A stretch of DNA of 64,000 nucleotides from Sedimentisphaerales bacterium. GTDB taxonomy: Bacteria; Planctomycetota; Phycisphaerae; Sedimentisphaerales; SM23-30. Position 1 is the first letter of the stretch. Every line of letters starts with the position of its first letter. The stretch lies in NCBI GenBank assembly GCA_963666285.1, contig OY762711.1, one strand, 5' to 3'. Positions 19,643 through 30,794 of the stretch are shown here, one piece after another. The notes below the pieces were generated by a model. That model saw nothing but the letters and a program-made list of their open reading frames with translations. It did not search any database and had not been told where the DNA came from. Both the position numbers and the translations under genes were made by a program.

Positions 19643-20506
19643 TTATTTCCATTCCTGTATATCGGGCATAAAGGTTTGGGCCCATCCGCTATTGGCAAGC
19701 TGCCTGATGCTGTCGCCAGATGAAAATGTTCTGACGCTAGCGTCAAGGTAGCCGGCGTTAAGTTGTATTTTTTGCAGGGTCGTTTCGTTATCTATATCGT
19801 TTATAGTTCCTGCGCCGGTAGATCCTGCATAATAAGGAAAACCGTCGATTATCTGCTTACTGGCACCTTTGAAATTATGAGTACTGTACCATGTGTTTTT
19901 CGGGCTTAAAGCGCCAGAGAAATTGAAAGAATCGGATACCAGAAGTTGATTTTTTGAGTTTTTGCCAGGCCCTTTGAACGGTTTGGACGGCAATCTGGAA
20001 TCCGGATCATTATCAGAATTTATGGCAGGTAAGTCAGCAAACCTGTTATAGTTCCAGAATAAATTGTATGAGCAGTAAAAGTCATCACTTATATTGTTGA
20101 ACCAGTCATCGATATTCTCATATATTTCCTGGTAAGTATATTCCACACCGCCAAGATTCTTTGTCATAGAAGAATCAAAACCTGATACCGGGCACATGAA
20201 AATGCTTACATCCTGAAGGTATTTACCCAGATATTTGAATTGATAAGTATCGCCAGAAGCTTTATTTCTTGCCAGCAGGCACGGTCGAGCTGCATTAGAG
20301 GATGATGGCGGGAGGGTGTCACTATTGTCGGCGGCATAAGTGCTGACACCAATAACCAGTTGGTGAATGTTACTGGAGCATACAACCATCTTTGCCTGTT
20401 GGCGAGCCTTGCTTAATGCCGGCATAAGGATAGAAACCAATAGTGCGATAATAGAAATAACTACCAGCAGTTCGATAAGGGTAAAAGCCTTGTTTACTTT
20501 TTTCAT
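19643..20506 (-). CDS. Prepilin-type N-terminal cleavage/methylation protein (DUF1559-like)
   Basis: KAFTLIELLVVISIIALLVSILMPALSKARQQA; NAGYLDASV. Confidence 0.88.
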   Translation of the reverse strand: MKKVNKAFTLIELLVVISIIALLVSILMPALSKARQQAKMVVCSSNIHQLVIGVSTYAADNSDTLPPSSSNAARPCLLARNKASGDTYQFKYLGKYLQDVSIFMCPVSGFDSSMTKNLGGVEYTYQEIYENIDDWFNNISDDFYCSYNLFWNYNRFADLPAINSDNDPDSRLPSKPFKGPGKNSKNQLLVSDSFNFSGALSPKNTWYSTHNFKGASKQIIDGFPYYAGSTGAGTINDIDNETTLQKIQLNAGYLDASVRTFSSGDSIRQLANSGWAQTFMPDIQEWK

Positions 20507-21047
20507 ATGCCATTCCTCCATGGAAGCAGGGTTTATATTAAACAATTATTAATAATACCCCCTCAGATATAATTAAGGCTGCTTTTACGATTTTATAGTT
20601 TTTATTTGTTATGTAGTGTTTGTGGCTCTTTATGTTAAAATAATGTATTTAATAGTTATATTTTCTTAATGTCAATGATAGCTTATATTTATGGTAAAAA
20701 ACAATAGACATAAGTAATGGGATGATGGATATTCGTGTTGAATTGAGCGGAGTTTCAGACTTTGCGTGGTCATTTATTGATAACAATACATATAATGTGT
20801 GATTTTCTCCGATTGCCCGGAATGATAATGTAATCATTTATACCATGCTCAAACGGGCATTTTTAACTGTTATAGGAATAATCAAATATCAGAATATCAT
20901 TTGAAGTGTTTTGGCAATTGCACTTCAAACATAAATTGTGCATAATATCCATTAAACTTATGGGCAGCAAGGCTATTTTCTGTAACAGAAAAATTAAAGT
21001 CATTCAGCTGCCTTATGCTATATGGTAATAATATGTGAGTAATAATA

Positions 21048-22049
21048 ATGGCAGTTAAGAGAAAAACAAAAATCAGTCTTTTGCGTGCAGTGATAATGAT
21101 CGTGGCTGCGGGAGTAGCGTATTTCTATTTGTTTCATTATTATAACATAGTGCAGCCGGGAGATTTGTCAAAATGGAATAAAAATGAAAATGGTATCTGG
21201 CTGAGCAGGAACTGGTTCAGGGAGCCGGTGAGTAAGATGACAGATGATGAGCTTGAGGGTAAATTAGCCGAGTTTAAACGAAGGGGGATAAAATATCTTT
21301 ATCCACATGTTTGTCCGATGGATAACAGCGGAGAACTGCCGGAAGTTAATGATGAACAGGTGAGACGTTTTTTGAGGGCGGCAGGTGATTATGGCGATTT
21401 TTTTGAGATAATGCCCTGGGTGGGCGGAAGTTTGAATACGGTCGATTTGTCAAATAAAGAGCAGATGGAAACGTGGAGTAAAGCGGTTAAAGAGCTGGTG
21501 GAAAAGTATGATCTACCGGGAGTGAATGTAAATATTGAGCCTTTGTCGCATGGAGACGAGCTGATATTGTTATGGCTGAAAACATTGCGTGATAAGCTTG
21601 GAGAAGATCGCAAAATTTCCTTTTGCGGGATGAGGTCTGAAACAGAAATTCCGCTTGGAGGAGAATTTGCACTTTGGACGGTGGAAGATTATAAAAAAGC
21701 AGCAGGGTATGTTGACCAGATTACTGTGATGGGGTATGACACCGGTCGCCGTGCATCGTTGAAGTATGTACGATGGGTAAAAAGGCAATTGAAAGATGTG
21801 GTGGATGCAGTTGATGAGGGAGGGGCGGGAAAGTGCAGGCTGCTTTGGGGTGTGCCGACGTATGAGGATAACGCTGATTATTTTGATCCCAAAGCAGAGA
21901 ATATTCGGACGGCATTTTGCGGGCTTCAAGGGGCATTGAAGTCAATCGGGACAGATTCGTGTTTTGATGGAGTCTGTGTATATGCCGGGTGGACGACTGA
22001 TGATAGTGAGTGGGAGATATATGATAAGTGCTGGCTGGGAGCGGATTAG
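21048..22049 (+). CDS. Membrane-anchored GH18-like TIM-barrel protein
   Basis: N-terminal TM; GVNVNIEP (degenerate DxxDxDxE), ITVMGYD, LLWGVPTY. Confidence 0.6.
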   Translation: MAVKRKTKISLLRAVIMIVAAGVAYFYLFHYYNIVQPGDLSKWNKNENGIWLSRNWFREPVSKMTDDELEGKLAEFKRRGIKYLYPHVCPMDNSGELPEVNDEQVRRFLRAAGDYGDFFEIMPWVGGSLNTVDLSNKEQMETWSKAVKELVEKYDLPGVNVNIEPLSHGDELILLWLKTLRDKLGEDRKISFCGMRSETEIPLGGEFALWTVEDYKKAAGYVDQITVMGYDTGRRASLKYVRWVKRQLKDVVDAVDEGGAGKCRLLWGVPTYEDNADYFDPKAENIRTAFCGLQGALKSIGTDSCFDGVCVYAGWTTDDSEWEIYDKCWLGAD

Positions 22050-22129
22050 ATTAGGGTTGCTAAAACTGGCAGGTCCAGTTATGATGTAGTTTTGCAGATA
22101 TGCCAGAAAGTGCTAGAAACAGAGGTAGA

Positions 22130-22711
22130 ATGATGTCAGATAAAAAGACAAACGGCGTGGATAAGAAGCGGATTGAAGCTGCTGTGCGTGAGATATTGAT
22201 TGCGATAGGTGAGGATCCTGACCGTGAGGGCTTGCAGGCGACGCCAGAGCGGGTTGGGCGAATGTATGAGGAGCTTTTCGGCGGGCTGCATTCCGACCCT
22301 AAAGAGCATGTTGGAAAGGTTTTTACCGAGCAGTATGATGAGATCGTATTGTTGAAGGATATTCCGTTCCATAGTATGTGTGAGCATCATATGCTGCCGT
22401 TTATGGGTACTGCACATATAGCGTATTTGCCGAGAGGGCGTGTGCTTGGCGTTAGTAAGCTGACTCGTATATTGAGCTGCTTTGCGTTGAGGCCGCAGGT
22501 TCAGGAGCGGCTGACGAACCAGATAGCACAGTTTATTATGGATGAGGTTGATGCACGCGGGGTAGCGGTAGTAATTGAAGCTACCCATACTTGCATGACT
22601 ATCAGGGGGGTAAAGAAGCCTGGAGCGGTAATGGTGACATCTTCGATGTTAGGGACGTTCAGGAGCGACCCACGCAGCCGGGCTGAGGTAATGAGCCTGA
22701 TCAAGGGCTAG
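22130..22711 (+). CDS. folE: GTP cyclohydrolase I
   Basis: [41 protein letters not shown]. Confidence 0.96.
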   Translation: MMSDKKTNGVDKKRIEAAVREILIAIGEDPDREGLQATPERVGRMYEELFGGLHSDPKEHVGKVFTEQYDEIVLLKDIPFHSMCEHHMLPFMGTAHIAYLPRGRVLGVSKLTRILSCFALRPQVQERLTNQIAQFIMDEVDARGVAVVIEATHTCMTIRGVKKPGAVMVTSSMLGTFRSDPRSRAEVMSLIKG

Positions 22712-23191
22712 AGGCAGTATATAGCCTGGGCATGGTGTTAATATAGGAAGTGTGTGTTGGTGATGTTAAGGTTTTTGGTTTAAAATGAGTAGAGTTTGCG
22801 GATTATGATGCCGTGTGAGAGTAAAAATTTTGCATGTTGTTTTTTTAAGCATTATAGTGAACCATTTACCTTGACAGTGCTAGTGAGGTTTTATTAAAAT
22901 AAATTTACATTCAGGAGTTAATCTTGTATTTCTCCTATAATAGAGAAATCTCTGAGTAGAATATCTTTCTGTTTAAGAATTAGTGAAGTTTAAGATTTTA
23001 AGGAAACCTTTATCAGGATTTTTGTTCATGCAACAAGAGCAATTTCCATAGGTGTCCTTGAGGATTTTTTTGATATTATCCTGATAATATTTCCGGGTAG
23101 TATTTTAAAAAAGATTCTTGCAGGAAGTTATTGTTACGCGTTATGCGTTTGTTTTTTTTAATTGAAATTTGTTTTGAAGAGGATCGAAAAG

Positions 23192-24133
23192 ATGAGAAAA
23201 CTGATTTTGTGTTTGATGGCTTTAGGAATTTCAGCCGCGAGTGTAAATGCATCGACAATGGCCTACTGGCGTTTTGAAGATGGTGCAGCAGGTACCCAGG
23301 TAACACACGGCGGCGCATCTGATGGTGTGTATTATGAGGGTGTTACGGATAGTTCGGGCAATGGAAATGGCTTGTCAGTCTGGGCAGAAGGCTGGGCCGG
23401 TTTCGAGTACAGGTCAAGTGTTGGAATAGACACAATTACATCAACAGGCGAAGATAATAATTACAGTGTAAAGAATTCAGGTTCATATCCTGCAATGTTT
23501 ACAGAAACCGGTTCTGCACTGCAGACATGGTCTCCAAGTGAATGGACAATTGAGGCGTCGTTCAAGCTGGAGAATGGCGGGCATAAAACTATTGTTGGAC
23601 GTGACAGTTGGGGCGCAAATGCCGGCAATCAGGACCTGGCTGCTTTATATTTGCAGGCAGTACCAGATAATGGTCTTGCGATCAAATATTGTGACGTTTC
23701 AGGTGTATGGCATGAAGCAATATCCGCTACAAATATCTTTGTAGGTTTTGACTGGGCATCTGATCCTGATGGCACAGATGCTCCATGGTATAGCGTTGCA
23801 GCAACGTGTGATGGTTCTACATTGTCACTTTACCTGACAGATATGAGTACAGGTGTCTGGAATCTGATAGCTCAGACCGACCTAACACTAAGCGGCAGTG
23901 CTGACACAGCACTTTCAGCGGGTGCCGGTGACGGCGGTGACTGGGACGCCGGTAATTTCTCAATAGGTCGCGGTCTTTATGCCGGTAATCATGGCGATAG
24001 AGCTTATGGTTATATTGATGAAGTTCGTCTAAGTGATGCTGCTTTGACAGTAGATGAATTCCTGGTACCTGAGCCAACAACAATGGCTCTGCTGGGTCTT
24101 GGTGCACTGGCAGCGTTAAGAAGGCGCAAATAG
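23192..24133 (+). CDS. LamG-like domain PEP-CTERM protein
   Basis: AYWRFEDG, WTIEASFK, GYIDEVRLSD; VPEPTTMALLGLGALAALRRRK. Confidence 0.9.
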   Translation: MRKLILCLMALGISAASVNASTMAYWRFEDGAAGTQVTHGGASDGVYYEGVTDSSGNGNGLSVWAEGWAGFEYRSSVGIDTITSTGEDNNYSVKNSGSYPAMFTETGSALQTWSPSEWTIEASFKLENGGHKTIVGRDSWGANAGNQDLAALYLQAVPDNGLAIKYCDVSGVWHEAISATNIFVGFDWASDPDGTDAPWYSVAATCDGSTLSLYLTDMSTGVWNLIAQTDLTLSGSADTALSAGAGDGGDWDAGNFSIGRGLYAGNHGDRAYGYIDEVRLSDAALTVDEFLVPEPTTMALLGLGALAALRRRK

Positions 24134-24164
24134 TCTTTTAAGGCAAAAAAACGTACGATTAAAT

Positions 24165-24200
24165 AAGCAGGCGGCTCTTTTGGGGCTGTCTGCTTTTTTT
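24165..24200 (+). terminator. Rho-independent terminator
   Basis: aagcaggcggctc...gggctgtctgctt plus T tract. Confidence 0.8.
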
Positions 24201-24560
24201 ATGGGTTGGTAATGAGTGTTAGTAGAGGTTTGGAGCGGTAAGCAATTTATCTCCTGTGGAAGAATTTAATATGCTATTACATAAAAAATAAATACACAAA
24301 TGAAATTTAATGATATGATAAATGTTTGTGTAATTTGAGATTTTTTAGTAATTGCATCTTAATATGACAAAACAATATGTCTATGCTTTAACATGATAGT
24401 TAAGTTTATGAATATATATTATTACTCCATGAAGAGTTAAGTTTTTTCTCAAGTTTGTTTTATTGTTGTCGCATGTATGCAACAGTACAATTCTATATAT
24501 TACTCCTGGTGTTGTATTAGGAAATTATTTAGATAAAAGTATAACCTGCAGGGAGCTAAG

Positions 24561-25031
24561 ATGACGGTGAAAAAGATAAAGATAAAGAAAAAGGCAATTA
24601 TTATCTTGATGTTTGTTGTGGTGTTCATGCCGTTACCATTGAGTGAAAGGACGCTAATGTATGTAATGGATTTCTCTCTGGATGCGGTAATAAATAATAA
24701 GCCAGTTTTGACAATAAGAGGGTATGAAAGGTTCATAGAAGACTACGATATAGAAAATAATGGAAAATTGTATTATGTAAATGATATTGGAATATCTGAT
24801 GATATATTTCTAAATCGTAATTTATTAAAACTGCCAGAAAACTATTTTCCTAAATATGAAAAAGGTGAAGCTATAGTTGGTTTTACGTATTTTGATTTTG
24901 AAGGAAATAAAAAGACATTATTGGAATTCAATTATGAATATGGTTTGCTTGCAGGGCAGGGGTATGATGTGGTCATCTATCGGACATTATTTTTTACAGT
25001 TCCTATTTATATACATACTTGGGTTTCTTGA
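24561..25031 (+). CDS. Hypothetical membrane-anchored protein
   Basis: 156-aa AT-rich ORF, GGGAG RBS, N-terminal hydrophobic segment. Confidence 0.55.
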   Translation: MTVKKIKIKKKAIIILMFVVVFMPLPLSERTLMYVMDFSLDAVINNKPVLTIRGYERFIEDYDIENNGKLYYVNDIGISDDIFLNRNLLKLPENYFPKYEKGEAIVGFTYFDFEGNKKTLLEFNYEYGLLAGQGYDVVIYRTLFFTVPIYIHTWVS

Positions 25032-25062
25032 TCTAAAATTATAATTTTTTCTAATATTCTGC

Positions 25063-25091
25063 TTGCCTTGTGACGATGAAAAGTATATATT
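25063..25091 (+). promoter_or_regulatory. Sigma70-like promoter of the leu leader
   Basis: TTGCCT-N17-TATATT. Confidence 0.5.
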
Positions 25092-25099
25092 AAATTGAA

Positions 25100-25222
25100 A
25101 TGGAAACTAAAACAGCACAAGTAAAAACATTTTTTAACGGCGTTAACAGTCGCCGTGCAAATGTTTTACGCGCTGAACTCCTTCCTCTCTTTGGTCTCGG
25201 TCTCCTAGCCCTTTTGGGCTAA
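25100..25222 (+). CDS. Leu-rich leader peptide (40 aa) upstream of leuA
   Basis: METKTAQVKTFFNGVNSRRANVLRAELLPLFGLGLLALLG*; 9 Leu in the last 18 codons. Confidence 0.72.
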   Translation: METKTAQVKTFFNGVNSRRANVLRAELLPLFGLGLLALLG

Positions 25223-25394
25223 TATTAATCAAACCACGAGACATATTTGTAATTCCGCATAGATTTTTGTATATCCGCTTAGGTTCTGGATTTTTAAATC
25301 AGAAGGCGTTATAATACACAGTTCGTTTGTGTCTGATATGCAGAAATGCGGAGCTAGACCAATCATAACCAATTGAAAATATTGGAGATATAAA

Positions 25395-26927
25395 ATGAGC
25401 AGTAATAAGAATAGAGTAGTAATTTTTGACTCGACCTTGAGAGATGCCGAGCAGGCGCCGGGGGCGAGTTTGAATATTCCCGAAAAACTGGAGATAGCAC
25501 AGCAGCTGGCGAGATTGGGAGTTGATGTGATCGAGGCAGGTTTTGCTGTAAGTTCACCGGTGCAGTTTGAGGCTGTAAACCTGATTGCCAAAGAGGTAAA
25601 GGGCCCTGTAGTAGCGTCGCTGGCACGAACAGTGCAGAAGGATATTGATGCCGCGGCAAAGGCACTTGAGCCGGCTGAGAAGAGTCGTATTCATACTTTT
25701 ACCAGTACCTCCCCGGTACATATGGAATATATGCTGAAAAAGACTCCTGCCGAGGTATTGGCCAGTGCAGTTGAGGCGGTGAAGTATGCCAGGAAGTTTA
25801 CTGATGATGTTGAGTTCAGTGCCCAGGATGCTTCGCGAAGTGACCTGATGTTTCTGCGAGAGATAGTAGAAGCGGTGATTGAAGCCGGAGCGACTACGAT
25901 TAATATCCCTGATACTGTAGGATATGCAGTACCGGATAAATTTGCGGCGATGATAGCAGACCTGATTGAGAATGTACCGGGTGGTAAGGATGTAATATTC
26001 AGTACACATTGTCATAACGACCTGGGATTGGCAACGGCAAATTCACTGGCCGGCGTTCATGCCGGTGCTCGTCAGATAGAATGTACGATTAATGGTTTGG
26101 GCGAACGTGCCGGAAACGCATCGCTGGAAGAATGTGCGATGGCGATAAAAGTTCGTCAGGATTTCTATGAATTGTATACCGGGATTAATACAGAAGAGAT
26201 TTATCGTACCAGTCAGATGGTGTCGCGTTTGATGGGTATTGAGGTTCAGCCTAACAAAGCGATTGTAGGTGAGAATGCATTTGCCCATGAGTCAGGAATT
26301 CACGTTGATGGCTTGCTGAAGAACCGTGAGACCTATGAGATTATGACACCTGAATCAGTAGGTGTGACTTCTAATCGTATGGTAATGGGTCGTCATTCCG
26401 GCAAGCATGGTTTCAAGAAACGTTGTGAAGAGTTAGGCTTTGATTTGACAGCCGGTCAGATTGACGAAGCGTTTGAAAAATTCCTGGAGCTGGCAGATAA
26501 GAAGAAGGAAGTCTATGACGAAGATATCTGTTCGATCCTGGAAGTTGGGATGGATACCGCTTACAGTACATATAAGCTGGACTATTTGCAGGTAAGTTCC
26601 GGTTCCGGTACAATACCAAGTGCTACCGTGCGTATAATTCAAGGCGATCAAGTTCTTCAGGCGGCAGCCTGGGGCGACGGCCCGGTTGATGCAGCGTATA
26701 GTGCAATTGAGCAGGCGACCGGTTTGGATGTACACCTGGATAAATACCAGATACGTGCGGTTACAGGAGATTCAGCGGCACAGGGTGAGGCAGTGCTGCG
26801 TATAACCAGTGACGGTAAGATGTTTACCGGTCATGGTGTGAGTACAGATATTGTCGAGGCTTCAGCTAAGGCGTATATAAGTGCTTTGAATCATATGCTG
26901 CGTTTCAATGAGTTGAATAAGAAGTAG
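25395..26927 (+). CDS. leuA: 2-isopropylmalate synthase
   Basis: IFDSTLRDAEQ, HCHNDLGLA, GERAGNA, AHESGIH, C-terminal regulatory domain. Confidence 0.96.
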   Translation: MSSNKNRVVIFDSTLRDAEQAPGASLNIPEKLEIAQQLARLGVDVIEAGFAVSSPVQFEAVNLIAKEVKGPVVASLARTVQKDIDAAAKALEPAEKSRIHTFTSTSPVHMEYMLKKTPAEVLASAVEAVKYARKFTDDVEFSAQDASRSDLMFLREIVEAVIEAGATTINIPDTVGYAVPDKFAAMIADLIENVPGGKDVIFSTHCHNDLGLATANSLAGVHAGARQIECTINGLGERAGNASLEECAMAIKVRQDFYELYTGINTEEIYRTSQMVSRLMGIEVQPNKAIVGENAFAHESGIHVDGLLKNRETYEIMTPESVGVTSNRMVMGRHSGKHGFKKRCEELGFDLTAGQIDEAFEKFLELADKKKEVYDEDICSILEVGMDTAYSTYKLDYLQVSSGSGTIPSATVRIIQGDQVLQAAAWGDGPVDAAYSAIEQATGLDVHLDKYQIRAVTGDSAAQGEAVLRITSDGKMFTGHGVSTDIVEASAKAYISALNHMLRFNELNKK

Positions 26928-27170
26928 ATAATCAAACTAAGATTCGGTTTGAAATAAGTGAAAACAGGAAGTGAAGTTGCGTTATTAGCCTGGCGGCTCA
27001 CTTTTGATTTTAGGCTGATGCCTGGTGAAACTCTCAATGAGTCAGGTTGATCCCTAGCAGATATTATTGTAAGTGAAAGACTAATGACAAATAGTTCAGG
27101 TGCTGTTTAGCGTTCGAACAAAAAATATAAGGTATAAATACCGAACAATATAACAGGAGATCAAATTACG

Positions 27171-28436
27171 ATGCCAATGACAATAACTGAAAAAATCTTT
27201 GCTGCACATTGCGGCGAAAATGAAGTTAAGCCGGGTCAGTTAATTGAAGCGGAAGTTGACATAATGATGTGTCACGATGTGACAACACCGCCAGCGATTT
27301 CAATGCTAAAGAATGCCGGAATCCCTCCGATTTTCGATCCGGACAGAATTGTAGCTACCCCTGACCATTTCCAGCCGGCTAAGGATATTAAATCAGCCGA
27401 GCTGCTGAAGCGTTTTGATACATGGTGCCGGGAGAATAACCTGAAGCATTATTATCCGGTAGGTAAAGCGGGCGTATGTCATGCGCTATTGCCGGAGCAG
27501 GGTCATATTCGTCCGGGTGAGATCATAGTAGGCGGCGACAGTCATACCTGTACTTATGGCGCGTTGGGAGCGTTCAGTTCCGGTGTAGGTTCAACAGATC
27601 TGGCAGCAGCAATTGCAACCGGCAGTTTGTGGTTCCGTGTGCCAGAGAGCATGAAGATCACATTGAAGGGTTCGCTGAAGCATGGCGTATTCAGTAAGGA
27701 TATCGTGCTGGATGTAATCCGCCAGATCGGTACCGATGGTGCCCGTTATATGGCAATGGAATATGTAGGCGATACATTAGCCGAGCTGAGTATGGAATCC
27801 CGAATGACAATTACCAATATGGCAATTGAGGCCGGCGGCAAAAACGCGATTATGGCAGTTGATGATACCGTTCGCGAGTATCTGAAGGGGCGTTTGAAGA
27901 ATGATGCTCCTTATAACGAGTATCAGTCAGACCCTGATGCCGAGTATGCGAGCTTTGTAGAGGTGGATTGTGATAAGCTGGAGCCGCTAGTAGCGTTGCC
28001 GCATCTTCCAAGTAACGGCAAGCCGATTGGCGAAGTAAAAGGCATGGCAATGGACCAATGCTATATAGGCAGCTGTACAAATGGTAGAATCGAGGATCTT
28101 CGCCTGGCAGCTCAGATTATGAAGGGCAAGCAGGTTGCAATTCGTACCATAATTGTGCCAGCAACACCAGATATCTGGGCGGCAGCTTTGAAGGAAGGTC
28201 TGCTGCAGATATTCTACGATGCAGGCTGTGTGGTATCAGCTCCAACTTGTGGTGCGTGTCTGGGTGGCTTTATGGGTGTTCTGGCAGCAGGCGATAAATG
28301 TATCAGCTCGACCAACCGTAACTTTGTTGGTCGTATGGGTCATCCTGAAAGTGAAGTATATCTGGCGAGCCCAGCGACAGCGGCAGCGTCTGCGATCGAA
28401 GGCAAACTTACAGACCCTCGTCCGTACCTGAACTAG
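27171..28436 (+). CDS. leuC: 3-isopropylmalate dehydratase large subunit (short type)
   Basis: [36 protein letters not shown]. Confidence 0.93.
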   Translation: MPMTITEKIFAAHCGENEVKPGQLIEAEVDIMMCHDVTTPPAISMLKNAGIPPIFDPDRIVATPDHFQPAKDIKSAELLKRFDTWCRENNLKHYYPVGKAGVCHALLPEQGHIRPGEIIVGGDSHTCTYGALGAFSSGVGSTDLAAAIATGSLWFRVPESMKITLKGSLKHGVFSKDIVLDVIRQIGTDGARYMAMEYVGDTLAELSMESRMTITNMAIEAGGKNAIMAVDDTVREYLKGRLKNDAPYNEYQSDPDAEYASFVEVDCDKLEPLVALPHLPSNGKPIGEVKGMAMDQCYIGSCTNGRIEDLRLAAQIMKGKQVAIRTIIVPATPDIWAAALKEGLLQIFYDAGCVVSAPTCGACLGGFMGVLAAGDKCISSTNRNFVGRMGHPESEVYLASPATAAASAIEGKLTDPRPYLN

Positions 28437-28493
28437 AGTAACGCAAACAGAAGAAATCAAAAAGAACAACTTCATGATTGGAGATGATAAATA

Positions 28494-28976
28494 ATGGCAA
28501 CAGCACATGTATATAAAAGAGATAATGTAAATACAGATGAGATTATTCCGGCACGTTATCTGAACACAGATGATCCGGCAGAGCTAGCGACGCACTGTAT
28601 GGAAGACCTGGATAAAGACTTTATGAACAAATGCAAGCCAGGCGATGTTGTGGTTTGTGGAGATGACTTTGGCTGCGGTTCGAGCCGCGAGCATGCTGTA
28701 TGGGCGATTAAAGGAGCCCAGGTTAAGGCAGTTATAGCCCAGTCGTTCGCACGAATTTTCTTTCGCAATTGCATTAATTGCGGTTTTTATCCGATCGAGC
28801 TGAAAGATGCGGTTAATCTTATAAATGATGGTGATGATATAGATATAGATCTTGTAAACGGAGTTATTAAGAATAACACACAAGGTAAGGATATAAAGTT
28901 CAATCCGCTTCCCGAGTTTGCAATAAACATAATTGACAACGGCGGGCTGTTGAAACACATCAGTAAGAAGCAGTAA
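28494..28976 (+). CDS. leuD: 3-isopropylmalate dehydratase small subunit
   Basis: NVNTDEIIPARYL, FGCGSSREHA, SFARIFFRN. Confidence 0.93.
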   Translation: MATAHVYKRDNVNTDEIIPARYLNTDDPAELATHCMEDLDKDFMNKCKPGDVVVCGDDFGCGSSREHAVWAIKGAQVKAVIAQSFARIFFRNCINCGFYPIELKDAVNLINDGDDIDIDLVNGVIKNNTQGKDIKFNPLPEFAINIIDNGGLLKHISKKQ

Positions 28977-29007
28977 TACGATATTAATGGTATGATTGAA
29001 CTTATGG

Positions 29008-29040
29008 GCAGTCTCGGCAAACATCCGGGACTGCTTTTTT
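29008..29040 (+). terminator. Rho-independent terminator after leuD
   Basis: gcagtctcgg-loop-ccgggactgc plus T6. Confidence 0.8.
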
Positions 29041-29228
29041 ATGCGCTGATAAGAAGGATGGTCGTGAAATGATCGGGTGGGCAAAAGAAAAACAGTCCCA
29101 GAGGTATAGAGCAATTTAATTTTTCATGTTCGCCTTATGCCTGTTGCGGCATAAATCAGATCAGAAAAAAATAAAGTACTCTTGTCTGAGACTGTTTTGG
29201 TATTTGAGTGTGGATGGTATCTGTAAAA

Positions 29229-30794
29229 CTAATCGTTGGTAGTTTTGAGATACTCTTCGGAAGTAACAAGTGAGTCCAGGATTTCCTGCAGCTCTTCCTG
29301 GGTTGTAGCACCGTTAATAACCAGTGCCGGTATAGTTTCAGAACCGGTCCAGATAAGGAAGCCTTGCCGATCTTCTTCAGGGGTGATTGAACAGCTGTCG
29401 AGAACGACTTTAGTCCACCATTTTTCCTGAGGGCCGCCGTGGTAGATGTAGTGTGTATCGCCAGAACTCAGGTAAGCACTTGTTCTGTCAACGTCATCTT
29501 TGAGAAACTGAACAAACATGCCATTGTAAGATTTGCTTTGGATAAGCATTACATGTTTATTGTCATTTTTGTTGAAATAGTCGATAATGAACATGCGATG
29601 TCCGGGGCTAGGCGGGTCAACCACATCATAAATCTTTCGTTCAGTACACCATTCTGGTTTTTTATTGAATACATAGGTTGGATATGCTGCTTTTTCTGCC
29701 ATGTGTTTTACGGTAACGTTATCTACATACATGTCAGAATTCATTGACACAGAAGAATCGGCAGCATTTTCGGTGTCAGCGTCAGCTAAAGTCCAGGAGT
29801 CGCTGTAATTGTCGATCTTTTCAGTGAGTTTGCGTTTGATGGAAATATGCTTGTTATCGGCTATGTAAAACTCCAATTCAGCCAGGCAGTCAGTATCGGC
29901 TTCGACTTTGAAAAGCCAGTAAGTATGTACATTACCATTTAGATCTTCGAAACCAGACCTGAATAGATTAACCTCTCTACCGTCTTCCATGGTATCTTCG
30001 CCGATTTGTTTGAAATTAAATTCACCTTCTCCGCCTTTGACACTCTGGCATATTCCCGCGGTGAACCCGAGGAATTCGGCAGGGGTAAGAGGTGCCCTGA
30101 AACTGTCTTTGGTCGGTTCTTTAATCCTTCTGATCTTACCGTTTTCACTGAAGGCTTCATAGACATCTATACCGTCCCAGGCATTACCCATTATTATTTT
30201 TCCGTCCTTTTCCATAACTCTTTTAAAGAAACCGGTGGTCGGATCGTACCATGCCTGATCGGTAATAGTGTAAGCTTCAGCAGTATCGCGAGCCAGTTTG
30301 AGCTGGTTCATTCTGAATTCACCATCACTTTTCAGGCTGGGGGTAGGCATCCAGTTATGGTTAAACCACAGGTCGGGTCCGGACAGTTTTTTTACATCGA
30401 CATCAGGGGTAAGTACACTTTCTTTGCGGTATTTTTCCGGTAGAGGTAAAACTTTAATTTCGGTAATAATGTGTGTAATGCCGGCGCTATTAAAGAAGGC
30501 ATTTTCAGCCTTACAGACGTTTTCCAGTATATGTAACGGATTGACTGTATTGGTGCCGGTGGAAGGCCAAAACAGGCCGATAGCGATAAGCAGCACAGCG
30601 GCTGCCGCTATATGAGTGATACGATTTTTCATGATACTACTCCATAGGTAGTGAGGCTGCTTTTGTTTTTCGGCTGCCGGCACATACTTTTCGAGCAGCA
30701 ATTTTTCCAGTTGCTCTTTATGCTGATGATTAACATTGTCGTCAAGCGGCAAGCTTATTATAAAATCTTCGAATTGTTTTTCGTTATTAAACAA
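29229..30794 (-). CDS. Putative membrane anti-sigma factor with a large extracytoplasmic domain
   Basis: Overlaps the ECF sigma stop; WSSIMKNRITHIAAAAVLLIAI transmembrane segment. Confidence 0.65.
   Translation of the reverse strand: MFNNEKQFEDFIISLPLDDNVNHQHKEQLEKLLLEKYVPAAEKQKQPHYLWSSIMKNRITHIAAAAVLLIAIGLFWPSTGTNTVNPLHILENVCKAENAFFNSAGITHIITEIKVLPLPEKYRKESVLTPDVDVKKLSGPDLWFNHNWMPTPSLKSDGEFRMNQLKLARDTAEAYTITDQAWYDPTTGFFKRVMEKDGKIIMGNAWDGIDVYEAFSENGKIRRIKEPTKDSFRAPLTPAEFLGFTAGICQSVKGGEGEFNFKQIGEDTMEDGREVNLFRSGFEDLNGNVHTYWLFKVEADTDCLAELEFYIADNKHISIKRKLTEKIDNYSDSWTLADADTENAADSSVSMNSDMYVDNVTVKHMAEKAAYPTYVFNKKPEWCTERKIYDVVDPPSPGHRMFIIDYFNKNDNKHVMLIQSKSYNGMFVQFLKDDVDRTSAYLSSGDTHYIYHGGPQEKWWTKVVLDSCSITPEEDRQGFLIWTGSETIPALVINGATTQEELQEILDSLVTSEEYLKTTND

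Noticed and set aside
25395..28976. Absence of leuB as an anomaly
   Set aside because: Split leu operons are common; leuB may lie outside the window
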